Source of the DNA: an uncultured Candidatus Saccharibacteria bacterium
GTDB taxonomy: Bacteria; Patescibacteriota; Minisyncoccia; Phycocordibacterales; UBA9973
Reading direction: 5' to 3'
Length of the DNA: 64,000 nt
NCBI GenBank assembly: GCA_964577515.1
Contig: CAZNZN010000001.1
Span: forward strand, 876 to 64,875
Positions 1 through 9,425 of this stretch are shown one piece after another; the first letter of the stretch is position 1; every line of letters begins with the position of its first letter. The notes under the pieces were generated by a model. The model worked only from the letters and a program-made list of their open reading frames with translations, searched no databases and was not told where the DNA came from. The position numbers and the translations under genes are program-made.

Positions 1-53
1 AAAAATGAGATAATGATAAAAATTTCATTTTCACACTTTTAAACCCATTGTTT

Positions 54-395
54 ATGTCGAAAACGACAAAAGACCTGGCACATGATTTCATAAAAAACCA
101 GGCAATAGATTGTGGAACGGTTAATAGCTACAGGCTCGCGACTGGAATCAGAGAAGCGGCTGAAGACTTCAGTCGGATCTCTGGGCACTTTGCTCGTTAC
201 ACCATCAACGAACAACCTGTATTTCTCGTCGATGAAGACAAGATGCCAAAGCAAACCGCAGACATCATCAAACCTGCAGCATTGCAACCAACCGGTTTCC
301 CGGGCATCAAATTTCTAAAGGAGTGTGCATGCGCACACATCCCCACAGATCCCGTCGTTGCCACTATCACCCCTGCGGGGTACGTGGCTGATTAA
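54..395 (+). CDS. Hypothetical orphan protein
   Basis: 113-aa ORF from ATG 54, followed by a hairpin at 417-438; no recognisable motif. Confidence 0.55.
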   Translation: MSKTTKDLAHDFIKNQAIDCGTVNSYRLATGIREAAEDFSRISGHFARYTINEQPVFLVDEDKMPKQTADIIKPAALQPTGFPGIKFLKECACAHIPTDPVVATITPAGYVAD

Positions 396-416
396 AAATT
401 TTTAACCAAACAAAAG

Positions 417-438
417 ACCCCGATTTTTTAATCGGGGT
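417..438. terminator. Probable bidirectional intrinsic terminator
   Basis: ACCCCGATT/AATCGGGGT inverted repeat between convergent genes. Confidence 0.6.
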
Positions 439-445
439 TCACTTT

Positions 446-1210
446 TTATAGTATCTTTGTTCTGTTTATGTTTGTTACTACCGCAGGAATACCAAGGGCT
501 TCTCCTAAAAGAACACCGAGACTACGAATATACACCCCACTAGAAACAGTGAACCGTACACTTGCTACAGTGACGAAGTCCTCACTGTTTTGATACGAGG
601 CCCACTGCGTCAAAATAGCTTCTTGTCGAAAATCTCCTACCACCTTTTCAATAGTAGCAACTGCTTCATCTATAACACTTTCAACCTTTTTATCTTCTAA
701 TGAGAGCAATATGGCTTCATACACTTCTCCTTCTTTTACCGGAAGATCCGAAGGAAGTGTCCCAGCTCGCGCATGATGAAACAGTGGCACTCCATCAACA
801 GGTTTTGATGAGTATGGAGGATACCGAAGCGACTGCGTTCCAATAATGGCTTGCAGTACACTGATAAGTGCTTCCTTTGATATTTTTCTGGGCGCATACT
901 GCGTGAGTATACCCAACATATCATAAGTATCCGTGGCAATGCCAAACACGATAGTACACTCATATACCTTATCGTGAAGCAACCACTGATCTTTCTTTTT
1001 GCACGCTTCACCAAGAAGAAGAATCATCTCTCCTTGAGCCATAGGATCGAGACGCCCTGCATAAGTGACAGGAACGGATTCAGACAAAGAAAGCGTTCGA
1101 CGAAACCGCGTCACAAGCATTGCAAGTGTTTCTCCGGCGAACTTCTTTCCCAAAAAGACCCCTGGTGCGATTTGACTAAAGTCATCTTTTTCTGTATGAT
1201 TGTCTGACAT
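446..1210 (-). CDS. truB: tRNA pseudouridine(55) synthase TruB-like
   Basis: YAGRLDPMAQG catalytic motif, TDTYDMLG, PPYSS, SSGVYIRSL. Confidence 0.85.
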   Translation of the reverse strand: MSDNHTEKDDFSQIAPGVFLGKKFAGETLAMLVTRFRRTLSLSESVPVTYAGRLDPMAQGEMILLLGEACKKKDQWLLHDKVYECTIVFGIATDTYDMLGILTQYAPRKISKEALISVLQAIIGTQSLRYPPYSSKPVDGVPLFHHARAGTLPSDLPVKEGEVYEAILLSLEDKKVESVIDEAVATIEKVVGDFRQEAILTQWASYQNSEDFVTVASVRFTVSSGVYIRSLGVLLGEALGIPAVVTNINRTKIL

Positions 1211-1234
1211 AAACGATACTCATACTATACAGCC

Positions 1235-1750
1235 TTGAAGGAACGAATCAACAATCAAATACGAGCAACTGAATTACGCGTTCTTGACGCAGAAGGAACA
1301 AATCTCGGTGTACTTCCTTTTACAGAAGCATTGCAAATGGCGCGCGACCAGGGAGTAGATCTGATTGAAATCAACGCTGATGCAAAACCCCCTATCGCAA
1401 AAATAATGGAGTTTGGGAAATACCAATACGAACTCAAAAAGAAAGCGCAGAAGGCAAAAGCTGGAGCAAAAACTACAGAAACAAAATCTATCCAAATCAA
1501 AGTTGGCACCGGGGATCACGATCTTGAACTTAAGGCGAAAACAGCATCAAAATGGCTCAAAGAAGGTCACCGTATCAAAGTAGAGCTCTTCCTTCGCGGG
1601 CGCATGAAAGGGATGAACCAAGAGTTCCTTAGAGAACGCCTTGATCGAGTGCTCCATTTTATCACTGAACACTACAAAATCGCTGAGCCTCACAAGCAAT
1701 CCCCTAAAGGTATCGCCATTGTGATAGAAAAAGACAAAGCAGCAAAATAA
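1235..1750 (+). CDS. infC: Translation initiation factor IF-3 (TTG start)
   Basis: RINNQIRA, DLIEI..PPIAKIMEFGKYQYE; lies upstream of rpmI-rplT. Confidence 0.95.
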   Translation: MKERINNQIRATELRVLDAEGTNLGVLPFTEALQMARDQGVDLIEINADAKPPIAKIMEFGKYQYELKKKAQKAKAGAKTTETKSIQIKVGTGDHDLELKAKTASKWLKEGHRIKVELFLRGRMKGMNQEFLRERLDRVLHFITEHYKIAEPHKQSPKGIAIVIEKDKAAK

Positions 1751-1752
1751 GG

Positions 1753-1780
1753 TTGACGGAACGCTATTTTTTAGTATTAT
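1753..1780 (+). promoter_or_regulatory. Sigma70-type promoter for rpmI-rplT
   Basis: TTGACG-16 nt-TATTAT. Confidence 0.55.
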
Positions 1781-1824
1781 AGAGGGACTTATTCTCGCAA
1801 ATCTGAGAGAAACGGTAGATATAT

Positions 1825-2010
1825 ATGAAAACCAACAAATCATACACAAAACGCCTAAAAGTGACCAAAACTGGCAAAATCCTTGGACGGAAGCCTGGTT
1901 TCAACCACTTCAACGCGAAGCAGTCACGAACCAGCCAGCTTGAGGGACGAAAGATGGTGGCGTTCCCTATGACAAACAAGGAAAAAGCGCAGTTTATCCC
2001 CCACAATTAA
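1825..2010 (+). CDS. rpmI: 50S ribosomal protein L35
   Basis: MKTNKSYTKRLKVTKTGKI; synteny. Confidence 0.92.
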   Translation: MKTNKSYTKRLKVTKTGKILGRKPGFNHFNAKQSRTSQLEGRKMVAFPMTNKEKAQFIPHN

Positions 2011-2029
2011 CACCATTTAGAGTTACCAT

Positions 2030-2374
2030 ATGACACGAGTAAAAGGAGGCGTCGTAGCCCTAAAAAAACGAAAAAATGTGCTTGCGATGACCAAAGGATA
2101 CCGCTTTGGACGATCAACAAAGACAGCACAAGCAACAGAAGCGATTGCACACGCAGGAACATACGCATTTGCACACCGACGTGACAAAAAAAGCGATAAG
2201 CGCCAACTCTGGCAAGTACGTATCAATGCTGCAGTTCGAGAACTTGGCATGAGCTACTCAAAGTTCATCGGTGCACTCAAAAAGACAAACATCGAACTCG
2301 ACCGAAAGATTCTCTCAGATATTGCGCACACAAACCCTGAAACATTCAAAAAAATCGTTTCAAAAATACAATAA
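2030..2374 (+). CDS. rplT: 50S ribosomal protein L20
   Basis: MTRVKGG, RQLWQVRINAA, LDRKILSDIA. Confidence 0.97.
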   Translation: MTRVKGGVVALKKRKNVLAMTKGYRFGRSTKTAQATEAIAHAGTYAFAHRRDKKSDKRQLWQVRINAAVRELGMSYSKFIGALKKTNIELDRKILSDIAHTNPETFKKIVSKIQ

Positions 2375-2378
2375 ATAA

Positions 2379-2402
2379 AAAACCTCTCATATGAGAGGTT
2401 TT
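2379..2402. terminator. Bidirectional terminator rplT/map
   Basis: Perfect palindrome AAAACCTCTCATATGAGAGGTTTT. Confidence 0.75.
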
Positions 2403-3164
2403 TTATTTCGTCAAAATTTCTGCTCCTGTTTCAGTGATGAGTACCGTATGTTCAAAATGTGCAGCTCGAGTCCCGTCTGCAGTCTTGTAAGTATACCCGT
2501 CTGCGGCAAGCACTACATCCTCCCCTCCAAGAGTAAACATGGGTTCTATCGCGATTACCATTCCAGGAACAAGCGCTTCCCCTTTTCCTGGCTTGCCAGT
2601 ATTTTGAACATAAGGGTCTTCATGAATATACCGTCCAACACCATGCCCTGAAAAACCATAGACAATACCTAGCCCCGCTTCTTCAGCAACTGATTGTATG
2701 GCGTATCCAATATCTCCGAGTCGTGCACCAGGAACGATAGCTTCTATACCTGCCTCAAGCGCTGTCTTTGTTGCGCTAAGAAGTTTTTTGTTTTTTGCAG
2801 AAATCTCTCCAACAGGAACAGTTACTGCGTGGTCGAGAAATACTCCTTCGTAGTTGAGCCCTAAATCAAGAGAGACAATATCTCCTTCTTTAAGGATTTT
2901 TTTTCCAGGGATACCGTGCACTACCTCACTATTCACTGACACACAAAGCGTTGAAGGATATGGAAATGTCGCCCCTTCCGGCTGGTAATCTAAAAACGCA
3001 GGAGTGTGCCCAGCTTTTTTGATACACTCGTATGCATATGCATCGAGCTCTGCTGTGCTTATCCCGGGTGCAACACGCTTTGCAACATCGCGCAAAATAG
3101 CAGCGAGGATAGGACCCCCTTTTTTCAATCGTGCTATTTCACTATCGGTTTTGATAATAATCAT
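2403..3164 (-). CDS. map: Methionine aminopeptidase type I
   Basis: SVNSEVVHGIP, GHGVG..IHEDP, AIEPM, AAHFEHT. Confidence 0.96.
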   Translation of the reverse strand: MIIIKTDSEIARLKKGGPILAAILRDVAKRVAPGISTAELDAYAYECIKKAGHTPAFLDYQPEGATFPYPSTLCVSVNSEVVHGIPGKKILKEGDIVSLDLGLNYEGVFLDHAVTVPVGEISAKNKKLLSATKTALEAGIEAIVPGARLGDIGYAIQSVAEEAGLGIVYGFSGHGVGRYIHEDPYVQNTGKPGKGEALVPGMVIAIEPMFTLGGEDVVLAADGYTYKTADGTRAAHFEHTVLITETGAEILTK

Positions 3165-3167
3165 ATT

Positions 3168-3761
3168 TTATACAAGCCCCAATTCTTCACAGATGTCTCT
3201 GTGTACTGCCTCAATACTTTGTTCACCATGAATCGTATGAAAAATAACTTTCCCCGAATCTCTAAGTGATTCTATTGCAGGTACTACATTTTCATGGAAC
3301 CATTGTATCCTGTTCCACACTCGATGCTGATCTGTATCGTCTGGGCGCCCTCTTCCGAGTAAATGTTCATATGCCCATTCATCACTTACCTGCAGAAAAA
3401 ATATGTGTGGCTCCCACTCATAAAAATCAAAAGCAGATAATAATGCCGGGATCTCAATAGCAATACGAGGAGTGCCGTCAATAAAAACATACTGTTCTCC
3501 ATCATAGTCTTCTATCAGGCGATGCGACCATGCATGTACACCTAGGAATGCCGGCGGTAGTCCACCTTGCTCCATAAGTGCTTTGGTTTTTTGCGCAGTA
3601 AAAGATTTTTTTTGGACAAGTTCTCGAAACATGGAACCTGTTTCAAGATGGTACGTCCTAATAGAAGGATCTATTGATTGAAGCTTCTTTTGAAGCAATG
3701 CAACTTGCGTGCCCTTACCAGCACCAGAGTGACCGATAAAGATATACACGTTATGTTTCAT
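3168..3761 (-). CDS. adk: Adenylate kinase / NMP kinase (short LID)
   Basis: GHSGAGKGTQ P-loop, IDGTPR, GRPDD; lies between secY and map. Confidence 0.85.
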   Translation of the reverse strand: MKHNVYIFIGHSGAGKGTQVALLQKKLQSIDPSIRTYHLETGSMFRELVQKKSFTAQKTKALMEQGGLPPAFLGVHAWSHRLIEDYDGEQYVFIDGTPRIAIEIPALLSAFDFYEWEPHIFFLQVSDEWAYEHLLGRGRPDDTDQHRVWNRIQWFHENVVPAIESLRDSGKVIFHTIHGEQSIEAVHRDICEELGLV

Positions 3762-3802
3762 AGGTACTAGCAGTATAGCACTACTCCCCTTTCATCAAGA
3801 GT

Positions 3803-5074
3803 TTAGTATTCGTGAAGAGCAACCTGAGCATCCACTTTTCGAATAAGGTCAATAACCACAGAAACAACAATAAGTAGTGATGTGCCCCCTACAGCAAAAG
3901 CAGTGATACCTGTTGTTGTTTGGACAACAATAGGAAGGACAGCGACGATACCAAGGAACAATGATCCCACAAGGGTGATACGAGTCACAATAGTTGCAAG
4001 ATGGCGCATCGTCGCTTCTCCTGGACGAATCCCAGGGATAAACGCACCGTTTTTTTGAAGATTTTCAGCTATTTGCTTTGGATCAAAAGTGACTGCAGTA
4101 TAAAAATAGGTAAAGAATACTACAAGCACAAAATATACTAGTGCATATAGCCATGTTGTCTGAAGGAACCATGTGAGTCCGTGTCCTATTGATTGGAGAG
4201 CAGTAGAAGATGCATTAATAAATACACCTGAAAGAAAACGAGGGAAGAGGAGCAGTGATGATGCAAAAATAATTGGCATCACACCAGCTTGTGCAAGACG
4301 AAGCGGAAGGTATGTTTCACCTCCCCCAGTTGAACGAATTCCGCGCACTGCTCGAGCATAAGTTACCTGCACGGGACGCTCTGCTTCATAGATATACACC
4401 ACTCCAGCAATCACAAGGATACCAATAACTATATAGGCGAGAAGCATTGGAAGTTGATCAATGGTGAAAGTAAAGAAGAACTGTGCCACTTTTGCCGGGA
4501 TAACAGAAAGAATCCCCGACATAATGATAAGTGAAGTCCCATTTCCAATACCAAATTCATTGATGAGTTCCCCAATCCAAAGAAGGAGAACAGAACCAGC
4601 GGTGATGATCACAATGTTGAAGATAATCCCTTGCAATGAGAGTGCATCGATAGCTCCTTGAGATTGGAAAAGCTTTATAAAACTAAACGCTTGCAACACA
4701 GCCAACGGCACCGAGAGTAACCGTGTGTATTGGTTGAAGCGCTTACGTCCTGCCTCACCGTTTTCCTGCATCATCTCCTTGATACTAGGTACCATCATAG
4801 AGAGAAGTTGCATAATAATAGAAGCAGTAATATATGGACCAACACCGAGCATCACAATAGAAAAGTTTGAAAGTCCCCCACCTGAGAGAGCATTAAAGAT
4901 ACCAAGAAGCTGGTTTCCTTGAAGAAACTGATTGAGCTTCAACGTATCAACTCCTGGAACTGGGATAGTCGCAAGAAGACGAAATACGAAAAGCGCTCCA
5001 ACAACAAAGAGTACTCTATTGCGAAGCGTTCTGTCAGTAACGATGGTCTTGAGTTTTGAGAAAAATGAATTCAT
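3803..5074 (-). CDS. secY: Preprotein translocase SecY
   Basis: LGVGPYITASII, GIGNGTSLII, AGVMPIIFA, FIPGIRPG, GGTSLLIVV. Confidence 0.98.
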   Translation of the reverse strand: MNSFFSKLKTIVTDRTLRNRVLFVVGALFVFRLLATIPVPGVDTLKLNQFLQGNQLLGIFNALSGGGLSNFSIVMLGVGPYITASIIMQLLSMMVPSIKEMMQENGEAGRKRFNQYTRLLSVPLAVLQAFSFIKLFQSQGAIDALSLQGIIFNIVIITAGSVLLLWIGELINEFGIGNGTSLIIMSGILSVIPAKVAQFFFTFTIDQLPMLLAYIVIGILVIAGVVYIYEAERPVQVTYARAVRGIRSTGGGETYLPLRLAQAGVMPIIFASSLLLFPRFLSGVFINASSTALQSIGHGLTWFLQTTWLYALVYFVLVVFFTYFYTAVTFDPKQIAENLQKNGAFIPGIRPGEATMRHLATIVTRITLVGSLFLGIVAVLPIVVQTTTGITAFAVGGTSLLIVVSVVIDLIRKVDAQVALHEY

Positions 5075-5156
5075 CACGTACGAGATTAATTTTTGTAATG
5101 ACTACTATATGATACAGACGAGTAATTTTTCATGTTATTTCGTCCGTGATTCATGA

Positions 5157-5597
5157 CTAGCCGTGTACGACACCACCTACTTTTTCTATCTTTGTCTTTG
5201 CGGTAGTTGAAACAGCGCAGTCATAAAACGCAACTGCCTTAGTAAGATCTCCTGTTGAAAGGATCTTTACAGCAGGAAGCTTTCCTCCCGTGCGAGTAAT
5301 AAGCCCCTTTGCGAAAAGCGCTGAAGGAGTCACCGCTTCATTTACCTCAAAAGCAGCATTGATAGCAGCAAGGTTTACTACTTGTGGTTTTATCTGGAAA
5401 GCCTTGTTTATGTTCTTTCCGCGACCTCGAAGTTTTGGAAGTTTTTTAATAGCATCTCGGAGTGCTGGTCGGATTTTATGTCCAGCACGTGCTTTTTGCC
5501 CTTTAGTACCACGACCAGCAGTTTTCCCTCGTTTACTTCCTCTTCCAACAAGTTTTTCTTTTTTATTTTTTGTTTTTCGTTTTAGTGTGTGCAACAT
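5157..5597 (-). CDS. rplO: 50S ribosomal protein L15
   Basis: VGRGSKRGKTAGRGTKGQKAR. Confidence 0.95.
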   Translation of the reverse strand: MLHTLKRKTKNKKEKLVGRGSKRGKTAGRGTKGQKARAGHKIRPALRDAIKKLPKLRGRGKNINKAFQIKPQVVNLAAINAAFEVNEAVTPSALFAKGLITRTGGKLPAVKILSTGDLTKAVAFYDCAVSTTAKTKIEKVGGVVHG

Positions 5598-5611
5598 ACC
5601 ATAACTCTTGA

Positions 5612-6208
5612 TTACTTCTTTTCTCCAGAAGTAGCAGTCTCTGTTGAAAGAGCTTCTGGCTTAGGTGTAGTAAATGTGTGTGGAACACCAACACGAGCAA
5701 GGGCCTTCATGGTAGCTCGTGCTGTATTGAGCTTGTTCTTGCTTCCTGAAAGAATCTTTGTAGTGACATCACGAACACCTGCAATATTCAAAATATCGCG
5801 AGCCGCTGCTCCAGATACAAGTCCTTTTCCACGATTTGGGAAGATGGTGATAGAAGAAGAACAATACTTAGCATCAACACCAAAAGGAATAGACTGTGTC
5901 TTTGTACGCTTGATCTTGATAGCATGCTTTTTTGCGTCTTTTAGTGCTTTTGCAATAGCAAGTGCTGTATCGTTCCCTTTTCCAGTACCAAGGCCAACGA
6001 CACCGTTTTTGTCCCCGATAATCATTGAAACTGCAAAACTCATGCGGCGCCCTCCAGCAACAACACGAGTAACGCGTCGAATATCAATAATCTTCTGATC
6101 GACATCTTTTACTCGATCCGCAAATGACTTAGCACCGTCTGGACGAGGACGTCGTGGTGCCCCAGAACGAGGTGATGATGGTCTAGTTGTAGTTGTTTTT
6201 TCTGTCAT
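5612..6208 (-). CDS. rpsE: 30S ribosomal protein S5
   Basis: IRRVTRVVAGGRRMSF, GLGTGK. Confidence 0.97.
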   Translation of the reverse strand: MTEKTTTTRPSSPRSGAPRRPRPDGAKSFADRVKDVDQKIIDIRRVTRVVAGGRRMSFAVSMIIGDKNGVVGLGTGKGNDTALAIAKALKDAKKHAIKIKRTKTQSIPFGVDAKYCSSSITIFPNRGKGLVSGAAARDILNIAGVRDVTTKILSGSKNKLNTARATMKALARVGVPHTFTTPKPEALSTETATSGEKK

Positions 6209-6217
6209 AAATTTTTA

Positions 6218-6565
6218 TTAAAACTGAAGTCCTGCCTCACGTGCAGCATCAGCAAGTGCTTTTATTCGACCTGCGTACTTGAACCCGTTTCGGTCAAACA
6301 CTACAGTGGTAATACCCTTTGCAAGTGCAGCTTTTGCAATATCTTTTCCAACCTGGATCGCTCCTTGCATTTTGGTAGCGTTTTTTCGTCCCATATCATT
6401 TGCTGCAACAACCGTTCGTGCGCTGACATCATCAATAAGTTGCGCATACATGAAGTTATTTGAGCGAAAAACACTCATACGAGGGCGAGTCTCGGTACCT
6501 GAAACAAGCGCGCGAACTTTTCGCTTGATTCTCATTTTTTTCTCTTGTGTACTTTGTCGTGACAT
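6218..6565 (-). CDS. rplR: 50S ribosomal protein L18
   Basis: RPRMSVFRSN, VVFDRNGFKYAGRIKALADAAREAGL. Confidence 0.97.
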   Translation of the reverse strand: MSRQSTQEKKMRIKRKVRALVSGTETRPRMSVFRSNNFMYAQLIDDVSARTVVAANDMGRKNATKMQGAIQVGKDIAKAALAKGITTVVFDRNGFKYAGRIKALADAAREAGLQF

Positions 6566-6584
6566 ATATTTCTCGTTAACTTAA

Positions 6585-7118
6585 CTATGCTGTTTTCTTT
6601 CCAGCTTTTCGACGAATAACCTCATCATCGTAGTGAAATCCTTTCCCTTTATATGGTTCTGGTTTCTTCATTGCACGAATCTTTGCAGAGAACTGACCAA
6701 CGAGTTCCTTATCAATACCAGAAAAAGTGATATTGTTCTTTTCTGCTGTTACAGTAAGTCCTTCTGGGATAGCGACAACAACAGGGTGAGAGAACCCGAG
6801 GGCGAGATGGAGCTCTTTCCCTTTTACCTCACTCTTATATCCAACCCCTTCAAGAATAAGCTTCTTTGTATACGGAGTATTTACTCCTTGCAGCATATTC
6901 TTTACATGTGATGCATATGTTCCCCAAAGAGCGCGTGAAAATGGATCTTCTGCTTTAGGCGAAAAAGAAACAATATTATCTGCAATAGTGATAGTAATAC
7001 TATCTTTGAACTCTTTTGAGAGCATTCCTAGTGGTCCCTTTACGGTAAAAATACCGTTAACAAAAGAAACTTCTGTTTTTGCTGGAATCGTTAGTTGTTG
7101 TTTTCCTACTCGGCTCAT
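6585..7118 (-). CDS. rplF: 50S ribosomal protein L6
   Basis: MSRVGK, LGFSHP, PEPYKGKG. Confidence 0.98.
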   Translation of the reverse strand: MSRVGKQQLTIPAKTEVSFVNGIFTVKGPLGMLSKEFKDSITITIADNIVSFSPKAEDPFSRALWGTYASHVKNMLQGVNTPYTKKLILEGVGYKSEVKGKELHLALGFSHPVVVAIPEGLTVTAEKNNITFSGIDKELVGQFSAKIRAMKKPEPYKGKGFHYDDEVIRRKAGKKTA

Positions 7119-7128
7119 AGTAATAACT

Positions 7129-7518
7129 CTACCAGATCATAAATAATACTTCTCCACCGACCTGCTCCTTTCGAGCTTGTTTATCTGAAAGTATCCCCTT
7201 TGGAGTTGAAAATACTGTCATACCGTATCCACTTTTGATTGAGTGGATTTCTCGAACTCCCATGTATACTCGTCGAGATGGCTTTGAGACACGCTTCACA
7301 TCAGTGATTCGTGACTTCCCCATTGGGTATGCAAGTTCGATTTCGATAACGGGAACATTGTTCTTTTCTGTTTTCTTTGAGATATTTGCTACGAAACCGC
7401 TGTCTTTGAGACATTCAGCGATAGCAAATTTGATTTTTGAAAACGGAACAACCACTGATTTCTTAGAAACCATTGCTCCGTTTTTTATTGCAATAAGCAT
7501 GTTTGAAATAGGATCCAT
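7129..7518 (-). CDS. rpsH: 30S ribosomal protein S8
   Basis: MDPISNML, RVSKPSRRVY, STPKGI, VGGEVL; start reassigned to ATG 7518. Confidence 0.96.
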   Translation of the reverse strand: MDPISNMLIAIKNGAMVSKKSVVVPFSKIKFAIAECLKDSGFVANISKKTEKNNVPVIEIELAYPMGKSRITDVKRVSKPSRRVYMGVREIHSIKSGYGMTVFSTPKGILSDKQARKEQVGGEVLFMIW

Positions 7519-7526
7519 ATGTGTTT

Positions 7527-7712
7527 TTACCAAGATGACTTACGAATGCCTGGAATCATTCCTTCGTTTGCGAGTTCGCGGAAACAGATACGACAAAGAC
7601 CGAAGTCTCTCATGTAGCCATGACGACGTCCGCAGCGAAAACAGCGGTTTACCGCTCGTGTACTATATTTGGGCGTCTTTTGAGAACGCGCAATAACTGA
7701 TGTTTTTGCCAT
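7527..7712 (-). CDS. rpsN: 30S ribosomal protein S14 (zinc-binding type Z)
   Basis: [26 protein letters not shown]. Confidence 0.97.
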   Translation of the reverse strand: MAKTSVIARSQKTPKYSTRAVNRCFRCGRRHGYMRDFGLCRICFRELANEGMIPGIRKSSW

Positions 7713-7811
7713 AATTTGTTATATATCCTCTAAAATATCACCTCTTCCTTTCTAGGACATCGTTTTTCTCGATATACCAGAGAGATAGAAGGATTTCAAA
7801 GGAACTCAGGT

Positions 7812-7840
7812 ATCCTACCAGAGAAGCCTTCCAAAGTCAA
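7812..7840 (-). promoter_or_regulatory. Internal promoter restarting the spc operon at rpsN
   Basis: Minus strand TTGACT-17-TAGGAT with TG extension. Confidence 0.6.
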
Positions 7841-7851
7841 ACAAAATCCCC

Positions 7852-8478
7852 CTACTCTGCAGGAGGGGGAGCTGTTTTCTTCTTTTGTTTTCCTAACTGC
7901 AAGGAAATGCGCTCGCCCTGCATGACACTTTCATATGTCAATGAGGAGTTTGTATGTGCTGTCACAAACCCCATATCATTTTTAAACCTGTCCAGAAGCG
8001 CTCGTTTCTCTGGGTTTGAACTCTTCATAGTGAAAAGTTCGTGGGCCCTCTTCCTGCACAGATTTCCGATACGACCTTTTGCCTGTTCGACCGCAGCACT
8101 GTGAATTTTCTTCACCATCGCCACATCTTCAACAGAGTTTCGCTTATTGCCTACAAAAGCATCGTAACTCTGTAAAAAAGTAAAGAGTGCGTCAAAGGTA
8201 GCACAGGCATTGATTTGGGTAATAAAAAGACTTATTGCCCTGTCAACAAATTCGTATTGATTTGGGTTCTCTTTTTTGTACCGCAACCAAAAGTCAGCTA
8301 TTTGTTCATAACTGACTCTTCTTGGTGAAGCGTCAAAATGCAGTAACTGGCACACGTGCTCATACTTGATACGAGCGATAGTACGCTTTTGTTGCAGTAT
8401 TTTTGATATCAGAAAGAAAAACAAAAGTCCTATCGCCAAAACAATGGCGACAATGAAGATATATTCTCCGGGTTTCAT
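7852..8478 (-). CDS. Hypothetical N-terminally membrane-anchored protein inserted between rplE and rpsN
   Basis: Hydrophobic N-terminal helix; own promoter TTGACT-16-TAGTAT (8497-8524). Confidence 0.7.
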   Translation of the reverse strand: MKPGEYIFIVAIVLAIGLLFFFLISKILQQKRTIARIKYEHVCQLLHFDASPRRVSYEQIADFWLRYKKENPNQYEFVDRAISLFITQINACATFDALFTFLQSYDAFVGNKRNSVEDVAMVKKIHSAAVEQAKGRIGNLCRKRAHELFTMKSSNPEKRALLDRFKNDMGFVTAHTNSSLTYESVMQGERISLQLGKQKKKTAPPPAE

Positions 8479-8522
8479 ATAAAGTAGTTTTGTCTGATAC
8501 TACAAGAAACCTCTAAAAAGTC

Positions 8523-8548
8523 AAAACCCTCTCATATGAGAGGGTTTT
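8523..8548. terminator. Terminator after rplE
   Basis: Perfect palindrome AAAACCCTCTCATATGAGAGGGTTTT. Confidence 0.75.
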
Positions 8549-8559
8549 GTTAAAGAGTG

Positions 8560-9096
8560 TTATTTCTTGAAAGGGATACCGAGATGAGTGAAGTACGCAA
8601 GTGCTTCTTCTTTAGTTTTTGCAGAAGAGACAAGTGTCACTGCAAGACCAAACACGTCGCGGAGGTCTTCATCAGCAGTCTCTGGGAAGATAGTGTGCTC
8701 TTTGATACCGATAGTCATGTTTCCGATAGCATCAACTGATTTTGGATCAATTCCTCGGAAGTCTTTTGTTCGAGGAAGAGCGATGTTGATGAACTTATCC
8801 AAGAAGTGATACATACGTGCACCACGAAGAGTTACTGCAAGTCCGATAGGATCACCTGTTCGAGTTTTAAAACTTGCAACAGATTTCTTTGCTGTACGGA
8901 GTGAAGGTTTTTGCCCAGTGATTCGCGCAAGACGATCAGCAACAGTGTTGTTCTTCTCTCGATCTTTCTTCATTCCTGTTCCAGTCCCACTTGCTACAGT
9001 GATTTTAACAAGGTGCGGTGCTGACATCGGATTTTTGTACCCAAATTGCGCAAGCGCTTTCATTGTTTGTGATTCTTTTTCTTTAACTGTTTGCAT
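8560..9096 (-). CDS. rplE: 50S ribosomal protein L5
   Basis: ITGQKP..AKKSVASFK, VTLRG, ALPRTKDFRG. Confidence 0.97.
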   Translation of the reverse strand: MQTVKEKESQTMKALAQFGYKNPMSAPHLVKITVASGTGTGMKKDREKNNTVADRLARITGQKPSLRTAKKSVASFKTRTGDPIGLAVTLRGARMYHFLDKFINIALPRTKDFRGIDPKSVDAIGNMTIGIKEHTIFPETADEDLRDVFGLAVTLVSSAKTKEEALAYFTHLGIPFKK

Positions 9097-9097
9097 A

Positions 9098-9406
9098 TTA
9101 CTTCAACTCTTGTCCGCTTTTTTTAGCAATGCGAACATTTTTATCAGCGACCTTCTTTGTTCCTACTCGACTTTGCTTTCCTGACTTAGGATCAACCACC
9201 ATCACGTTTGATGCGTTGATAGGTGCTTCTATTTCGATAATAGAACCTTTTTCATTACGGCTCTTTGGCTTTTGGTGACGCTTTACTTTGTTTACCCCAG
9301 CAACGACAACACGGTTTGCAGCGGAAAACACCTTTGAAATAGTGCCTTTTTGGCCTTTATTCTTTCCTGCGATGATTATGACGTTGTCTCCTTTTTTGAT
9401 CTTCAT
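9098..9406 (-). CDS. rplX: 50S ribosomal protein L24
   Basis: MKIKKGDNVIIIAGKNKG KOW motif; start reassigned to ATG 9406. Confidence 0.97.
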   Translation of the reverse strand: MKIKKGDNVIIIAGKNKGQKGTISKVFSAANRVVVAGVNKVKRHQKPKSRNEKGSIIEIEAPINASNVMVVDPKSGKQSRVGTKKVADKNVRIAKKSGQELK

Positions 9407-9425
9407 ATAAAAACTCTTTGTGGTA

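Noticed and set aside
5598-5611. rpmD (L30) absent between rpsE and rplO
   Set aside because: Real, but a known CPR trait; used only as a taxonomic clue
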